Shown here: positions 9,747 to 20,577 of the stretch, one piece after another
Layout: each line of letters starts with the position of its first letter
How positions within the stretch are numbered: position 1 is the first letter of the stretch
Assembly (NCBI GenBank): GCA_041674185.1
Contig: JBAYWE010000004.1
Location: 186-64,185 of the forward strand
Source of the DNA: Minisyncoccota bacterium
GTDB lineage: Bacteria; Patescibacteriota; Minisyncoccia; UBA6257; JAGOQP01
Direction of reading: 5' to 3'
DNA: 64,000 nucleotides
Made by a program: the position numbers and the translations under genes
The notes under the pieces: model-generated
Told to the model about the DNA's origin: nothing
Database searches by the model: none
Seen by the model: only the letters and a program-made list of their open reading frames with translations

Positions 9747-11624
9747 CTATTGTTTTGTAGATGTCGCAACTCTATTTTGATAATACCACTCTAACACATC
9801 TCGAGCTACGGGAACCGCATTTAAACTTCCCTGTTGCGCATCTTCTATAAGCACCAATAAAGCAATAGATGGATTTGGTACAGGGGCATACGCAACAACG
9901 AATGCATTTTCTTTTGTATTATTTTGAATCTGAGCGCTCCCTGTTTTTCCGGCAATATTCATAGGAATAGTATTGAGTATGTGCGCTGTTCCATATTCTT
10001 GTTTTACTGTAGCCAACATTCCTAACTCGATTTCATTAAAATTATTCTGATCTTTTGCCACAATTTCATCAAATGAAGGGGTTGCTTGATATATAATATT
10101 ACCCCCACTTGTTTTTGAGGTTTGCACAATAAAGGGACGCGGTAATTTTCCCTTATTCGCAATTCCACAAATATATCGAATGAGCTCTAGGGGGGTAATA
10201 CGAAGATCCCCCTGCCCAATAGATACGTTATAGGTATCTCCTATGCGCCATATTTGACCTGTACGAGCTTCTTTCTCTTCTGCGTTCGGTAATACTCCCG
10301 CAACTTCACCAGGCAAGTCAATCCCTGTTTTTTTATCCAATTGAAAGGCTTTCCAGTACTTGTTTAATAATTCTATACCTAACCCTCTTTGTTCCTGAAA
10401 CCCGCCCCCTACTTCATAAAAATATACATTACTTGATCGCGCTAATGCTGAATATAGATTTACCCACCCCTGAGGTTTCCAATCTAAAAATCGTGATGGT
10501 TTTGATGGTGTATATGGATTGGGAAGCTCGATATATCCCGGTGAATAAATTGATTTCAATGGATCAATAACTCCCTCTTCTAAAGCACCAAACCCCACCA
10601 GCGGCTTTATAGTTGACCCAGGACTATACACCCCCGCAACAGCTCTATTGAATGTTGGGTTTGTGGGATCAGAAAATAATTTCGCCGATAACGCATTATT
10701 ATCAAAATCAGGAAAATTAATAAGAGACAATATCTCTCCTGTTTGTGGATTTATAGCAATACCCACTCCCGATGTTCTATTTAAATCCACCAGTCTCTTC
10801 TTCATGACTGTATAGAATTCCTTCTGTAATCCTGCGTCAATCGTGGTATACATATGAGCTCCCCCTATAGGCGCAGTGGTACTCTCGGGACCAATAGCAT
10901 TTCCTCGTGCATCACGAAATTGTATGCGGGCCCCATTTATTCCTCGCAATAATTCGTCGTATTGAATTTCTAATCCCATCTTTCCAATCTCATCATTCAA
11001 ACGAAGATTACTATCACGAGCAAGATCCCCCTCACTTACTAAACCAGTAAAACCGATAAGATGAGCGAAGGCTGGTGCGTCTATATATTCTCGCGAGAAT
11101 CCATCTTCTATGGCAAGTGCTTTGTTTTGTAATTTTTTAAGATCAATAACTGACTCCAATGATACGTTTCTAAATAAAGGGTAGTAAGCCTGACGTTCTA
11201 GATCGGCCTTAATAATTTTTTCTTTTATCTGGGTAATATCAAGAGGGAGAATACTATTAATTTGTTCGAGTGTGTTCTGAATTGCCTCGGGCGTCTTTAA
11301 TATTTCTGATAAATTAATAGATACTGAAAAACTTGGTTTATTTGTTACCAGGGGAACTCCATATCTATCGTAAATAATTCCTCGAGGAGCATTCAGGATG
11401 GTTCCCTGCCCCGCATTCGCCAGAGACCTACTCTGATATTCCGCACCATGAATTCCCCCAAAGAAAATGATCCGTACTCCTACACCACATACTATAATTC
11501 CTACCACAATAATAAATACACGAAATAATTTTTCAGAAAGAGGGCGCTCAACAACACCCAATTCATCGGAAAAATCATCAAGAGCTATATCTTCTAAGAA
11601 AAAATCTTTTTTACCCATACCCAC
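9747..11624 (-). CDS. mrdA: Penicillin-binding protein 2
   Basis: APRGIIYDR, PGSTIK (SxxK), SSN (SxN) and KTG motifs; downstream of mreBCD. Confidence 0.92.
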   Translation of the reverse strand: MGMGKKDFFLEDIALDDFSDELGVVERPLSEKLFRVFIIVVGIIVCGVGVRIIFFGGIHGAEYQSRSLANAGQGTILNAPRGIIYDRYGVPLVTNKPSFSVSINLSEILKTPEAIQNTLEQINSILPLDITQIKEKIIKADLERQAYYPLFRNVSLESVIDLKKLQNKALAIEDGFSREYIDAPAFAHLIGFTGLVSEGDLARDSNLRLNDEIGKMGLEIQYDELLRGINGARIQFRDARGNAIGPESTTAPIGGAHMYTTIDAGLQKEFYTVMKKRLVDLNRTSGVGIAINPQTGEILSLINFPDFDNNALSAKLFSDPTNPTFNRAVAGVYSPGSTIKPLVGFGALEEGVIDPLKSIYSPGYIELPNPYTPSKPSRFLDWKPQGWVNLYSALARSSNVYFYEVGGGFQEQRGLGIELLNKYWKAFQLDKKTGIDLPGEVAGVLPNAEEKEARTGQIWRIGDTYNVSIGQGDLRITPLELIRYICGIANKGKLPRPFIVQTSKTSGGNIIYQATPSFDEIVAKDQNNFNEIELGMLATVKQEYGTAHILNTIPMNIAGKTGSAQIQNNTKENAFVVAYAPVPNPSIALLVLIEDAQQGSLNAVPVARDVLEWYYQNRVATSTKQ

Positions 11625-12052
11625 ACACTATACATTACAAATAAAATAAGTACATTATATAAGAATTCCATAAAAAGAGGGACTCCAAAAACCTGTTTTC
11701 CGAAGAAAATAACCCAAAATAGAACTTGAAATACAAAAAGCGTACCCACTATGAGCGCTATATGTGGATCACGAATAAACATTTTTCGCATACCGTAAAC
11801 CCCCATACCCATAATACCCAATGTTACTAATTCAGCTGTTACAAACGGAGTATATTTCAACCAGAGAAGTACTCCCAACAAAAAGAGTGCGAACACCAAG
11901 ATGTCGTCAATAACAAACGCAAGTAATATAATAGTAACGAGATATATATTTGGTTTTATAGGAAACGGCACAATACTCACCAAAGAAAGCAGCATCATAG
12001 TGCATAAAATAACACATCCCCGTAAAATTTCATTCCGTAAAGCAGGAGTCAT
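11594..12052 (-). CDS. mreD: Probable rod shape-determining protein MreD (divergent)
   Basis: 152-aa multi-TM protein between mreC and mrdA. The call is positional. Confidence 0.55.
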   Translation of the reverse strand: MTPALRNEILRGCVILCTMMLLSLVSIVPFPIKPNIYLVTIILLAFVIDDILVFALFLLGVLLWLKYTPFVTAELVTLGIMGMGVYGMRKMFIRDPHIALIVGTLFVFQVLFWVIFFGKQVFGVPLFMEFLYNVLILFVMYSVWVWVKKIFS

Positions 12053-12070
12053 ATATTGTATAATAAGAAA

Positions 12071-12745
12071 CTATCGTACCACCAATACGGTACGTAAATC
12101 ATTTATTGTGTACGGGAGTTCAATGGTTGCTTCTAAGAAAGCACCTAACGCATCCTCATGTACCTCACGTATTGTCCCTACCGTAAGGCCATATGGCATG
12201 TCTTTTGTTGCGGTGATAATAAGATCCCCTCCATGAACTTTTTTTGCTTTATCTATCAAGGTTATACGAGGAGTGACACCACCCTGTAATAACCCATTTA
12301 CCTCTTCACTTCCTATACGAACTGGTATACGTAAGGCGCTATCAAAAACAGTTATCACTTCACCCGAAGTCTTTTCTATCTCTTGTATTTGTCCCACAAA
12401 CACCCGCAATGAAAACAGAACAGCGCTTCCTATATGAATACTGTCATGCTCTCCCTTATCTATAAATAAACGGTTTTTTGTATTAAATGGATATAATGAA
12501 AAGACTTTTGCCTGAAGCGTTTCTTGAGGTGTTATAACAATAGTATGTTGACCCGCATAAAGCTGATTCTTTAAATCCTCATTTTCTTGTATTAACTTTC
12601 TTTGATCATCTAATGAAACAGAAGAAAATATTCCTTGAATAGATCCCAATAAAAAACTTGGTTTTTTAACAAAAACTGAAGTAGCGAATACACTCGTACC
12701 CACCAGTAAACAAATGAGAATGAGAATAAATTGAATATGTTTCAT
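12071..12745 (-). CDS. mreC: Rod shape-determining protein MreC
   Basis: TM plus coiled coil ENEDLK, IDKG, VGQI, GDLIIT...PYGLTVG; follows mreB. Confidence 0.85.
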   Translation of the reverse strand: MKHIQFILILICLLVGTSVFATSVFVKKPSFLLGSIQGIFSSVSLDDQRKLIQENEDLKNQLYAGQHTIVITPQETLQAKVFSLYPFNTKNRLFIDKGEHDSIHIGSAVLFSLRVFVGQIQEIEKTSGEVITVFDSALRIPVRIGSEEVNGLLQGGVTPRITLIDKAKKVHGGDLIITATKDMPYGLTVGTIREVHEDALGAFLEATIELPYTINDLRTVLVVR

Positions 12746-12812
12746 GAAAGACTTTTGAGTTATCTATATAAAATTTTGATTGACGATATTATTCAATACC
12801 CTTGCTCATGAT

Positions 12813-13853
12813 TTAATCCAATACAATTGGTTTTATTAAAAGAGAAAATACATTTTTATGAGCATCTATATTCTCCGCGGCAATTCCAGCTCCCCGCACC
12901 ACACAGGTAAGCGGATCATCTACTAAAATAGTTTTGACAGCGAGCTCTTTTTCTACTAATTCAATAAGACCCCGTAATAAACTCCCCCCTCCTGAAAAAT
13001 AAATCCCATGACGTAAAATATCTCCTGAGAGTTCCGGAGGTGTTTTTTCAATAATATCGCGGATAGATTCTATCATCTGCTTTAACAGAGGTAACAACAC
13101 CGCGCGTACTTGTATATCACGAATAAGTACCTCCCGAGGAAGTCCTGAAGATAAATCACGTCCTGAAATAGATGTTTCTAATTTTTCGGAACTCGGAAGG
13201 GCTGATCCTATTTCAATTTTAATTCGCTCTGCGGTTGGTTCTCCAATTAACATTTTAAATTCATCTCGCACAAATCGAATAATTTCATCGTTAAATCTAT
13301 CTCCTGCTATTTTTAGACTCTTGGAAACAACTACACCCCCCATAGAAATAATAGCTATCTCCGTTGTTCCTCCCCCAATATCCACAATCATACTCGCGGT
13401 GGGCTCATCAATAGGAAGTCGAGCTCCCAGTACTGCCGCAATTGGTTCTTCTAATAAATATACACTTGAAACTCCTGCTGAAATAACCGCATCTTCAACT
13501 GACTTGCGTTCTACTTCAGTTAAATTAGTCGGTATAGCAACTACAGCACGAATATATTTGAATAATGAATCGTTTTTCACTCGCTTCATATACTGCTTGA
13601 GGACTTCTTGTGTTATCACAAAATCAGAAATAACCCCATTTATAAGTGGACGAATTACATTAATATGAGTAGGAGTGCGACCCATCATACGCTTTGCCTC
13701 TTCTCCCACAGCAAGTGTCTGACCCGTTTTCTCATTTATTGACGCTATAGTAGGTTCATTAATAACAATACCCTCGCCCTTAATATACACAAGAGTATTC
13801 GCGGTTCCTAGATCAATTCCAATATCTGTTTTGAATTTATCAAATAGTTTCAT
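12813..13853 (-). CDS. mreB: Rod shape-determining protein MreB
   Basis: IGIDLGTANT, VDIGGGTTE, GGGSLL and DDPLTCVVRG. Confidence 0.96.
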   Translation of the reverse strand: MKLFDKFKTDIGIDLGTANTLVYIKGEGIVINEPTIASINEKTGQTLAVGEEAKRMMGRTPTHINVIRPLINGVISDFVITQEVLKQYMKRVKNDSLFKYIRAVVAIPTNLTEVERKSVEDAVISAGVSSVYLLEEPIAAVLGARLPIDEPTASMIVDIGGGTTEIAIISMGGVVVSKSLKIAGDRFNDEIIRFVRDEFKMLIGEPTAERIKIEIGSALPSSEKLETSISGRDLSSGLPREVLIRDIQVRAVLLPLLKQMIESIRDIIEKTPPELSGDILRHGIYFSGGGSLLRGLIELVEKELAVKTILVDDPLTCVVRGAGIAAENIDAHKNVFSLLIKPIVLD

Positions 13854-13855
13854 AC

Positions 13856-15106
13856 TTAAGAAACATACTGAATTATCTCAGAAAAATCAACCATGTTTAT
13901 TTCTTGTTCATTTCTCTTTTTCACCTCAATTTTATCTCCTGTTTTCTGACTGATCACCAATCTATAAGGAATTCCCATAAGATCACTCTCCGCAAATTTT
14001 TGCCCAGGAGAAACGTGCATACGATCATCACATAATACCTCTATCCCCTCAGCCTGTAAGTTATCGTGGAGGCGTATTGTCTGTTCCATAATTATTTTAT
14101 TTTGTGCGTCATCCTGTCCCACAAGAGCAATGATATGTACGCGGAACGGAGCAATGTTTTTAGGCCAAATGAGCCCTTTTTCATCATGACGTGTTTCTGC
14201 AATAACACCCATTAAGCGAGATATCCCGATACCATAACATCCCATAATGGGATATTGTTTTTTATTTTCATGATCAATAAATCCTAGATTAAAATCTTTT
14301 CCATACTTCTGACCTAAATCAAATACATTTCCCACCTCTGAGGCTCGCGCCTGCTGTAATACCTCCGAACATTTTGGACATAATTCTCCTTCTTTTTGTT
14401 TTGTAATTTCAACATTCACACAAAAATCACATGAGGGACAATATAAAATATCATCCTCTCCCGCATCGGTAAGAACCATAAACTCATATGAAATCTTTTG
14501 GCTAAACGATCCCCCAGAAGCCTCAGTCACCTTTGCGACTAATCCGAGACGATTAAAAATTTTTAGATATGATTCTTTTGCTCTCATATAAAATTTTTCA
14601 AAATCATCTTGATTCTCATGAAAACTATACATATCTTTCATGAGAAATTCTCTCCCGCGAAGCAATCCTGACTTAGCTCGTAACTCATCACGAAATTTCC
14701 AATGAATCTGATATACCGCAACAGGAAGATCTTTATAGGTATTTACTCTGCTCATTAAAAGTGGAGTGACTACTTCTTCTTCGCTTTGTCCAAGCGCATA
14801 TTCTTTTTCTGTTCTGCTTTGTATTTTAAAAAGAACATCAATTGAACTCCACCCTCCGGTTGTTTCCCAAATACTTTTTGGATGCAACATAGGCATCAGA
14901 ATTTCATGAGCCCCCAATTCATTCATTTCTTCACGCACCACCGTTTCTATGTTCCGTAAGACTCGTAGGCCTAATGGCAGATACGAATACACCCCCGCCA
15001 TAAGTTTATCTACAAACCCAGCACGCACTAATAATTGTGCATTTTTTGTTTCTTCATCTTTTGGAGCTTCTTTGCGAGCAAAGGAGAGATAACGAGATTG
15101 GAACAT
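13856..15106 (-). CDS. proS: Proline--tRNA ligase (short form, no INS editing domain)
   Basis: LLVRAGF...GVYSYLPLG, KFRDELRAKSGLLRGREFLMKDMYSF, MGCYGIGISR and an anticodon-binding domain. Confidence 0.93.
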   Translation of the reverse strand: MFQSRYLSFARKEAPKDEETKNAQLLVRAGFVDKLMAGVYSYLPLGLRVLRNIETVVREEMNELGAHEILMPMLHPKSIWETTGGWSSIDVLFKIQSRTEKEYALGQSEEEVVTPLLMSRVNTYKDLPVAVYQIHWKFRDELRAKSGLLRGREFLMKDMYSFHENQDDFEKFYMRAKESYLKIFNRLGLVAKVTEASGGSFSQKISYEFMVLTDAGEDDILYCPSCDFCVNVEITKQKEGELCPKCSEVLQQARASEVGNVFDLGQKYGKDFNLGFIDHENKKQYPIMGCYGIGISRLMGVIAETRHDEKGLIWPKNIAPFRVHIIALVGQDDAQNKIIMEQTIRLHDNLQAEGIEVLCDDRMHVSPGQKFAESDLMGIPYRLVISQKTGDKIEVKKRNEQEINMVDFSEIIQYVS

Positions 15107-15152
15107 AAATTTAAATAGTATCTATTTTTTTAATTACTCATAGAAAATTCTT

Positions 15153-16217
15153 CTACCAGATACGCACGACATCGCGCACACTGATAAACAACAATAAACA
15201 GATAAGCAGTAAGAAACCGACTCCATTTGTAATGGCTTGTGTTTTTGCAGAAACGGGTGATTTTTTTATTTTTTCAATAATAACCAGGAGCACTCGTCCT
15301 CCATCCAACGCAGGGAACGGAAATATATTTACTGCCGCTAAGTTAAGAGAAATCATTGCTGCTAAATACAATACATGTGCCCACCCCATAGCCGACGCTT
15401 GTGCGGTTGCCTGAAATACACCCACTGGACCGGTTAATGCATGGAAGAGGTCCCCTGAAGTAATCCCGATCAAAGCCCCTACAAGCTTAAATAATAAAAT
15501 GAATATAGCGCTAAACACCTGAAGAGCAAATGTTGCAGAAGCGATAGCCGCATCTCCAAATGACATTGCGGAAATTCCCGACTCAGAAAGAGCTACCCCT
15601 AATGCCCCCTCTCCTAAAGGAGGATCCACACGCGGTACTGTAACAATAGTTTTTTCAGATCCATTACGCTGCACTAGAAATTTCATCTCCTTTCCAGAGT
15701 TTTCTTGTGTTGCTCGTATAAATGCCTCTACGGTAGAAAACTCTTTCAGCACATCTCCTTCTTGTATTCCCGCATGTTCTGCGGGAGAATTTTTAGAAAC
15801 AGAAATAATAACCACCTCTGGATTAATACCGTGCATAAATACAGGAATAAATAATAACCATCCCACTACTATATTCATAGCCACACCCGCACACAGAACC
15901 ACAATTCGTTGCCACGGTTTTTTACGAGAAAATAATCGTTCTGGTTGGATCTTTTTCTTTTCTTCTTCTGTTAATTCTTCTTCTCCATTCTCTCCAGGAA
16001 TTTTTACATATCCCCCGAGAGGGATCGCATTTATACTGATACGCGTCTCCCCCTTTATCCACGAAAAAATACGGGGAGGAAAACCAATCGCAAATTCTTC
16101 CACATACATACCAAACTTTTTGGCAGTAAAAAAATGTCCAAACTCATGAGCGACCACCAAAACCGCAAGTATCACAATAAATATTAGTATAGTAAGAATC
16201 ATAGTAATAAGCATCAA
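15153..16217 (-). CDS. rseP: Site-2 protease RseP (M50, PDZ)
   Basis: HEFGH, IPLGGYVKI, PDZ SPAEHAGI and NIFPFPALDGG. Confidence 0.93.
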   Translation of the reverse strand: MMLITMILTILIFIVILAVLVVAHEFGHFFTAKKFGMYVEEFAIGFPPRIFSWIKGETRISINAIPLGGYVKIPGENGEEELTEEEKKKIQPERLFSRKKPWQRIVVLCAGVAMNIVVGWLLFIPVFMHGINPEVVIISVSKNSPAEHAGIQEGDVLKEFSTVEAFIRATQENSGKEMKFLVQRNGSEKTIVTVPRVDPPLGEGALGVALSESGISAMSFGDAAIASATFALQVFSAIFILLFKLVGALIGITSGDLFHALTGPVGVFQATAQASAMGWAHVLYLAAMISLNLAAVNIFPFPALDGGRVLLVIIEKIKKSPVSAKTQAITNGVGFLLLICLLLFISVRDVVRIW

Positions 16218-16280
16218 ACCTTAAACATTACTGAACCATTCATTTCAGAAAATTAAGATTTATTTGAAATTTGTTATGTA

Positions 16281-16826
16281 TTATTCATTAATTTCACCCA
16301 TCTTTTTCTCAACTAATGCATCCACTTCTTTATTAAATGCATCAAGTTCTTTTTGAATAGATTCTTGTATAACAAACCGATCATCTTCGGTGATTGTTCC
16401 CGCTTTCTCTTGAGCGATACTATCCTTTTTTACATCGTCACGAGCCGCACGAGATTTGATACGAGCCTCTTCTGCTTTTGTCTTAATAATCTTGATTAAA
16501 TCGGTTCTTCGTTCATCAGTCAGAGAAGGAAGGTTAATATGTATGGTCGTACCATCATTTGCTGGATTTACATTTAGTTTATCTGCCACCGTCTTCATAA
16601 GAGCGGGTACTACGGCTATATCCCAAACCATAACCTGAATTTCCCGAGGGGGTACAATAGAAATAGATCCCACTTGTTTAATAGGAACGTGTTGTCCATA
16701 ATATTCTACCTGTATATCTTCCACTAATGCGGGTGTGGGTCGTGAACCACGAATCGCCGACGCTTCATCCTTAAAAAATTTGAGTATATCAGCCAATTTT
16801 TGATTAAATTCTTTTTGTGTATCCAT
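16281..16826 (-). CDS. frr: Ribosome recycling factor
   Basis: IRGSRPTPALVEDIQVEYYG, LTDERR and AEEARIKSRAAR. Start ATG 16826 follows a TACACT box. Confidence 0.92.
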   Translation of the reverse strand: MDTQKEFNQKLADILKFFKDEASAIRGSRPTPALVEDIQVEYYGQHVPIKQVGSISIVPPREIQVMVWDIAVVPALMKTVADKLNVNPANDGTTIHINLPSLTDERRTDLIKIIKTKAEEARIKSRAARDDVKKDSIAQEKAGTITEDDRFVIQESIQKELDAFNKEVDALVEKKMGEINE

Positions 16827-16981
16827 GTGTATAGTGTAACAAAAATACACCTCTTTTTCAATTTTCATTTTCTTTATACGCTTTTACTAAAAATCCGCTC
16901 TGAAAGCGGATTTTTAGTAAACAAAAACATTTTATATTCAACTTTCTATCCCTTACCCTCATTGGAAATTCCTAGTGAATT

Positions 16982-18097
16982 TTATTCGCTTAAAATTACT
17001 CGTCCTCCACCCAAGAAGTAGAATTGATGTACTCCAAAATCGGATGGAATATTGTCTTGTAACTTCCAACTTCCTCCTGCATTTGTGCTTATATACATGC
17101 GTCCATTAGAGATAATATATACAACATTTCCTGAAACCGCGAGCGCATCAATTTGTTTTTTAAGTAATGGAATATTATCTATTAAATCAAAGGTAACTCC
17201 ATAATTTTCACTCCTATACAATCCTTCTTTTCCAAGCGCATATATGTCTCCCGAAGACGCAAATCCAACACTCTTCATAGATCCTGAAGAAAACCATCCT
17301 TTCTGGACACTTATTTTTGTGTATTCTCCCAAGGGACCCGCTGCTTGCATAAGAACCCCCGATTTTAAGAGTGCATAGAAAAACCCATCTTTATTATCAT
17401 ATAATCGCACAATAGGAGAAGGAAACGTGTGCGTAACTCGAAACGTTTCTTTTACTCTATCATATTGAATAAGTTGTCCGTTAGACATAGCTAAGTAAAG
17501 AGTATTTCCATAGGCTACCATGTCGTACACTCCCTCATCAGCAAAATAAACAAGACGCTGTAATGTCGCAAACATATCTGAAGTATAATACACAAAACCT
17601 ACTCCATTTTGAAAAACTGAAACAAGATATGAGTTCGTATCAACAGGAACCACCCGTAACACAACACTTTCTGTAGTAATTTCTCCTTGGGGGGTTTTAA
17701 CCGCACGCCAGGTGAGACCGGTATTATCACTATAGTACAATCCTCTATTAGTAGATACCATAAGTATTTCAGGAGAGGTGTGTGTATAGACATCAACATC
17801 ATAGATGCGAATATCTCCTTGCAAGTTTAATTTTGCGGGATAAATATTTTTTAAATTATCAAAAGAAATCATGAAGCGACTCGCTTCATGAGAAGAGGCT
17901 CCTCCTATAACCGAGGCCGCAGAAGCAAGAAATCCACTCGCTCCTCCTGTTGCACCTGTGGCATTCATAGACAAAGACGGAGCAAGGTCGCCAAGATCAA
18001 AAGAAGCCCCGAGTACATTTGAGACACCCACAATACCGAGGTATGCACCCACCACGGCAATAGCTAACATACCAGTAAAAATTAATTTATCAGACAT
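16982..18097 (-). CDS. Membrane-anchored beta-propeller (BNR/YCF48-like repeats)
   Basis: Asp-box-like repeats YSDNTGLTW, RSENYGVTF and STNAGGSW. Confidence 0.7.
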   Translation of the reverse strand: MSDKLIFTGMLAIAVVGAYLGIVGVSNVLGASFDLGDLAPSLSMNATGATGGASGFLASAASVIGGASSHEASRFMISFDNLKNIYPAKLNLQGDIRIYDVDVYTHTSPEILMVSTNRGLYYSDNTGLTWRAVKTPQGEITTESVVLRVVPVDTNSYLVSVFQNGVGFVYYTSDMFATLQRLVYFADEGVYDMVAYGNTLYLAMSNGQLIQYDRVKETFRVTHTFPSPIVRLYDNKDGFFYALLKSGVLMQAAGPLGEYTKISVQKGWFSSGSMKSVGFASSGDIYALGKEGLYRSENYGVTFDLIDNIPLLKKQIDALAVSGNVVYIISNGRMYISTNAGGSWKLQDNIPSDFGVHQFYFLGGGRVILSE

Positions 18098-18939
18098 AAT
18101 AGTTTTTTTAGATGAATTCTTTTACTTAGTGTGATGGTCTGTATATGAGTGATAAGTCGTATAGTCTCTATAAGCGCTTCCTGTTGTCCCTGTGAACGAA
18201 ATTGAATCATAAGCGCTTCACATAACGCTAATAAATGAGTGGGATTCTTCTGATCAAATGCGATAATTGCATCCACTAATTTTTCACGAACTATGTCAGA
18301 TTTTTTAGGGGCACAAATATCCTGTACGAAACGATCAATAATCTGATCACGCTTGGTTGGCTCTATAAATGACTTTAAACGACCTATTCTTCCAAAAGAC
18401 TTTCCTACTAAGCTTGTGTCTTTTATTATACCACTACTATTGTAAAAGTCAAGTACCTCTTGATTGGAAAGGGTTTTAAAGTATATTTTCTGCGCTCGAG
18501 ACGAAACAGCGGGTAAGAATACGTTTGTATCAGTCGCAATAAGAATAATGAGACTTTGCTGGGGGGGTTCCTCAAGTGTTTTTAATAGGGCATTCTGTGC
18601 TTGATCAGTAAGCCATTCCCCATCACGAATAATAACTGTTCTATATTGAGAAAGAACTGGTTTTTGATGGAGAAAATACGTCACGCGACGTACCACCTCA
18701 ATACCAATGCTTTCAGAATCCCCCTCGGTATCTTGTTGCGCTATATCAATAATAAGCGTCTCTTGCAGCATACGACTCGGCTCACATAACTCCTTATTTT
18801 CAAGATAGTTCGCGAGTATCTTTGCGCAGAGAAATTTACCAACTTGTGGTTCTCCAAAAAATATATACGCATGCGACAAATCTCCCTGATCAGCAAGTTT
18901 TTTGAGCGAAGCTATTGTATTATCGTAACCGTATAACAT
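18082..18939 (-). CDS. holB: DNA polymerase III subunit delta-prime
   Basis: SHAYIFFGEPQVGK, IGIEVVR and AQNALLKTLEEPP. Confidence 0.88.
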   Translation of the reverse strand: MLYGYDNTIASLKKLADQGDLSHAYIFFGEPQVGKFLCAKILANYLENKELCEPSRMLQETLIIDIAQQDTEGDSESIGIEVVRRVTYFLHQKPVLSQYRTVIIRDGEWLTDQAQNALLKTLEEPPQQSLIILIATDTNVFLPAVSSRAQKIYFKTLSNQEVLDFYNSSGIIKDTSLVGKSFGRIGRLKSFIEPTKRDQIIDRFVQDICAPKKSDIVREKLVDAIIAFDQKNPTHLLALCEALMIQFRSQGQQEALIETIRLITHIQTITLSKRIHLKKLLCLIN

Positions 18940-19158
18940 ACTAGGTCAGTAGAACTGCGCGTTTTGTTTCTGAAAGAAACAATTCACATTTCTCTTTGTT
19001 AGATTTATATTCTTTGTATATGTATGAGTATAAATCTCAAATTGTAAATAGCAACCCATGTATACTATGTATAAAAAATCCACGCTTTCAACGCAGAGAG
19101 GGTGTATACCCCTGCATAGAAAAGCGTGGAATTTATAAGGAGTTATGGAGATGATTCA

Positions 19159-19287
19159 TTATGAATTACCTAGAAATCCAATAATTATATAGGTTATGGT
19201 TGGTACTATCGTTACCAGCGAGAGCAACGATGCTAGGGGGTGATTTTTTAATAAGAGAATCATCCTTGATTCCTTTTGCTGTTTCAT
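19159..19287 (-). CDS. 42-aa small membrane peptide (not in the ORF track)
   Basis: SD GGAG, then MKQQKESRMILLLKNHPLASLLSLVTIVPTITYIIIGFLGNS and TAA; downstream hairpin about 19076-19133. Confidence 0.5.
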   Translation of the reverse strand: MKQQKESRMILLLKNHPLASLLSLVTIVPTITYIIIGFLGNS

Positions 19288-19517
19288 AACAACTCCATAT
19301 TTATTACGTAAATGTGTTCTATTTTATTTATAACACAAATATATTATTTACACAATACATCCTCTGTGTATAAAAAACTCCACCACCCATTGCTGGGTGG
19401 TGGAGAAAAAGAGGTAATTTTGTCCCCTATAATAATATGGGCAAAAATCATCTCACTCAATATAGGCATTATACTCTTCTTTTTTGAAAAGTCAAGTGCC
19501 TATATTTTTAACATATA

Positions 19518-19769
19518 CTACAACTGAAACTCGTTTGGATTTTCTGGAGTTGTTGTTGGGGTGCTTGTGGGAATAGTCACTGGAATCGTTATTTCCCCTG
19601 AGGTCGTTGTAGGATTTATAGACAACCCATTATCTCCAACTTCCTGCAGAGGAGATACTTGATCTTGAGGAATAAGAAATAGTAAATCAGATAATCCAAT
19701 AATAGTGACCAAGCCAACAATTCCAACACCTAATGAAACCCATCTTCGTTTTTTCCTTGATAAATTCAT
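19518..19769 (-). CDS. Small single-TM protein with Thr/Pro-rich tail
   Basis: 83 aa with a basic N-terminus and a TM helix. Confidence 0.6.
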   Translation of the reverse strand: MNLSRKKRRWVSLGVGIVGLVTIIGLSDLLFLIPQDQVSPLQEVGDNGLSINPTTTSGEITIPVTIPTSTPTTTPENPNEFQL

Positions 19770-19803
19770 CCCTGTTTTTTTGTTTAATGGTATATACTAT
19801 ACG

Positions 19804-20577
19804 TTATTTAATTTCGTAGGTAATATTTGCATTTACGACAACCTCTTGACTTCCCGCTTCAATAGCAGGAGCAGGAGCCATTGACTCAGCAAATCCTCCC
19901 ATACCCTTTACCGAAGACATCATGGGTTGATAGGCAGTATCTTGTGCATATTCAGAAATACTAACTACCCCACCAAGAGAGATACCTAACTGATCCGCCA
20001 TAACTTGTGCTTTTGCCTTTGCTTTTTCTATTGCTTCGGCGCGAGCCTGTGCACGATACACCTCTGGGTCATCAACACCAAATGAAATTTGCCCTACCCT
20101 GTTAATTCCCATAGGAACTAAAGATCCTAATATTTCTGAAGTCTTGGTAAAATCACGAATCTTTACTCGCACGGTTTGTGTGAGAGAATATTTTACAATA
20201 GAAGGAGTAAAGCTCACAGAAGAATATGCTGGTTGCTGTGAGTAGACAGGAGATAGATTATATTCAGTTGTTTGTATATCTTTTTCCTCAATTCCTTTCT
20301 CTTTTAAAAATGCGATGGCTTTACCGGTTACTTCATTATTTTGATCCGAGATGGTTTTTACATCCTTTCCCTCAGAGATCACAGAAAATGAAAGCAGCGC
20401 AACATCTGGTTTTGCAACAGCTTTTCCTGTGGCAGAAACTGATATATTTCTTGCGGGATATTGTTCTTGTGGCTCTAATACGCCCCAAAACATTACATAT
20501 AACACTGCAATAATCGCTACTCCCACAAAACCAGTCAGTACTGAGATGAGAGATTTTTTCTCTTTAATAAGATCCAT
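19804..20577 (-). CDS. SIMPL domain (DUF541/YggE) protein
   Basis: ISVSATGKAVAKPDVA, DIQTTEYNLSP, ARAEAIEKAKAKA and IEAGSQEV. Confidence 0.9.
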   Translation of the reverse strand: MDLIKEKKSLISVLTGFVGVAIIAVLYVMFWGVLEPQEQYPARNISVSATGKAVAKPDVALLSFSVISEGKDVKTISDQNNEVTGKAIAFLKEKGIEEKDIQTTEYNLSPVYSQQPAYSSVSFTPSIVKYSLTQTVRVKIRDFTKTSEILGSLVPMGINRVGQISFGVDDPEVYRAQARAEAIEKAKAKAQVMADQLGISLGGVVSISEYAQDTAYQPMMSSVKGMGGFAESMAPAPAIEAGSQEVVVNANITYEIK

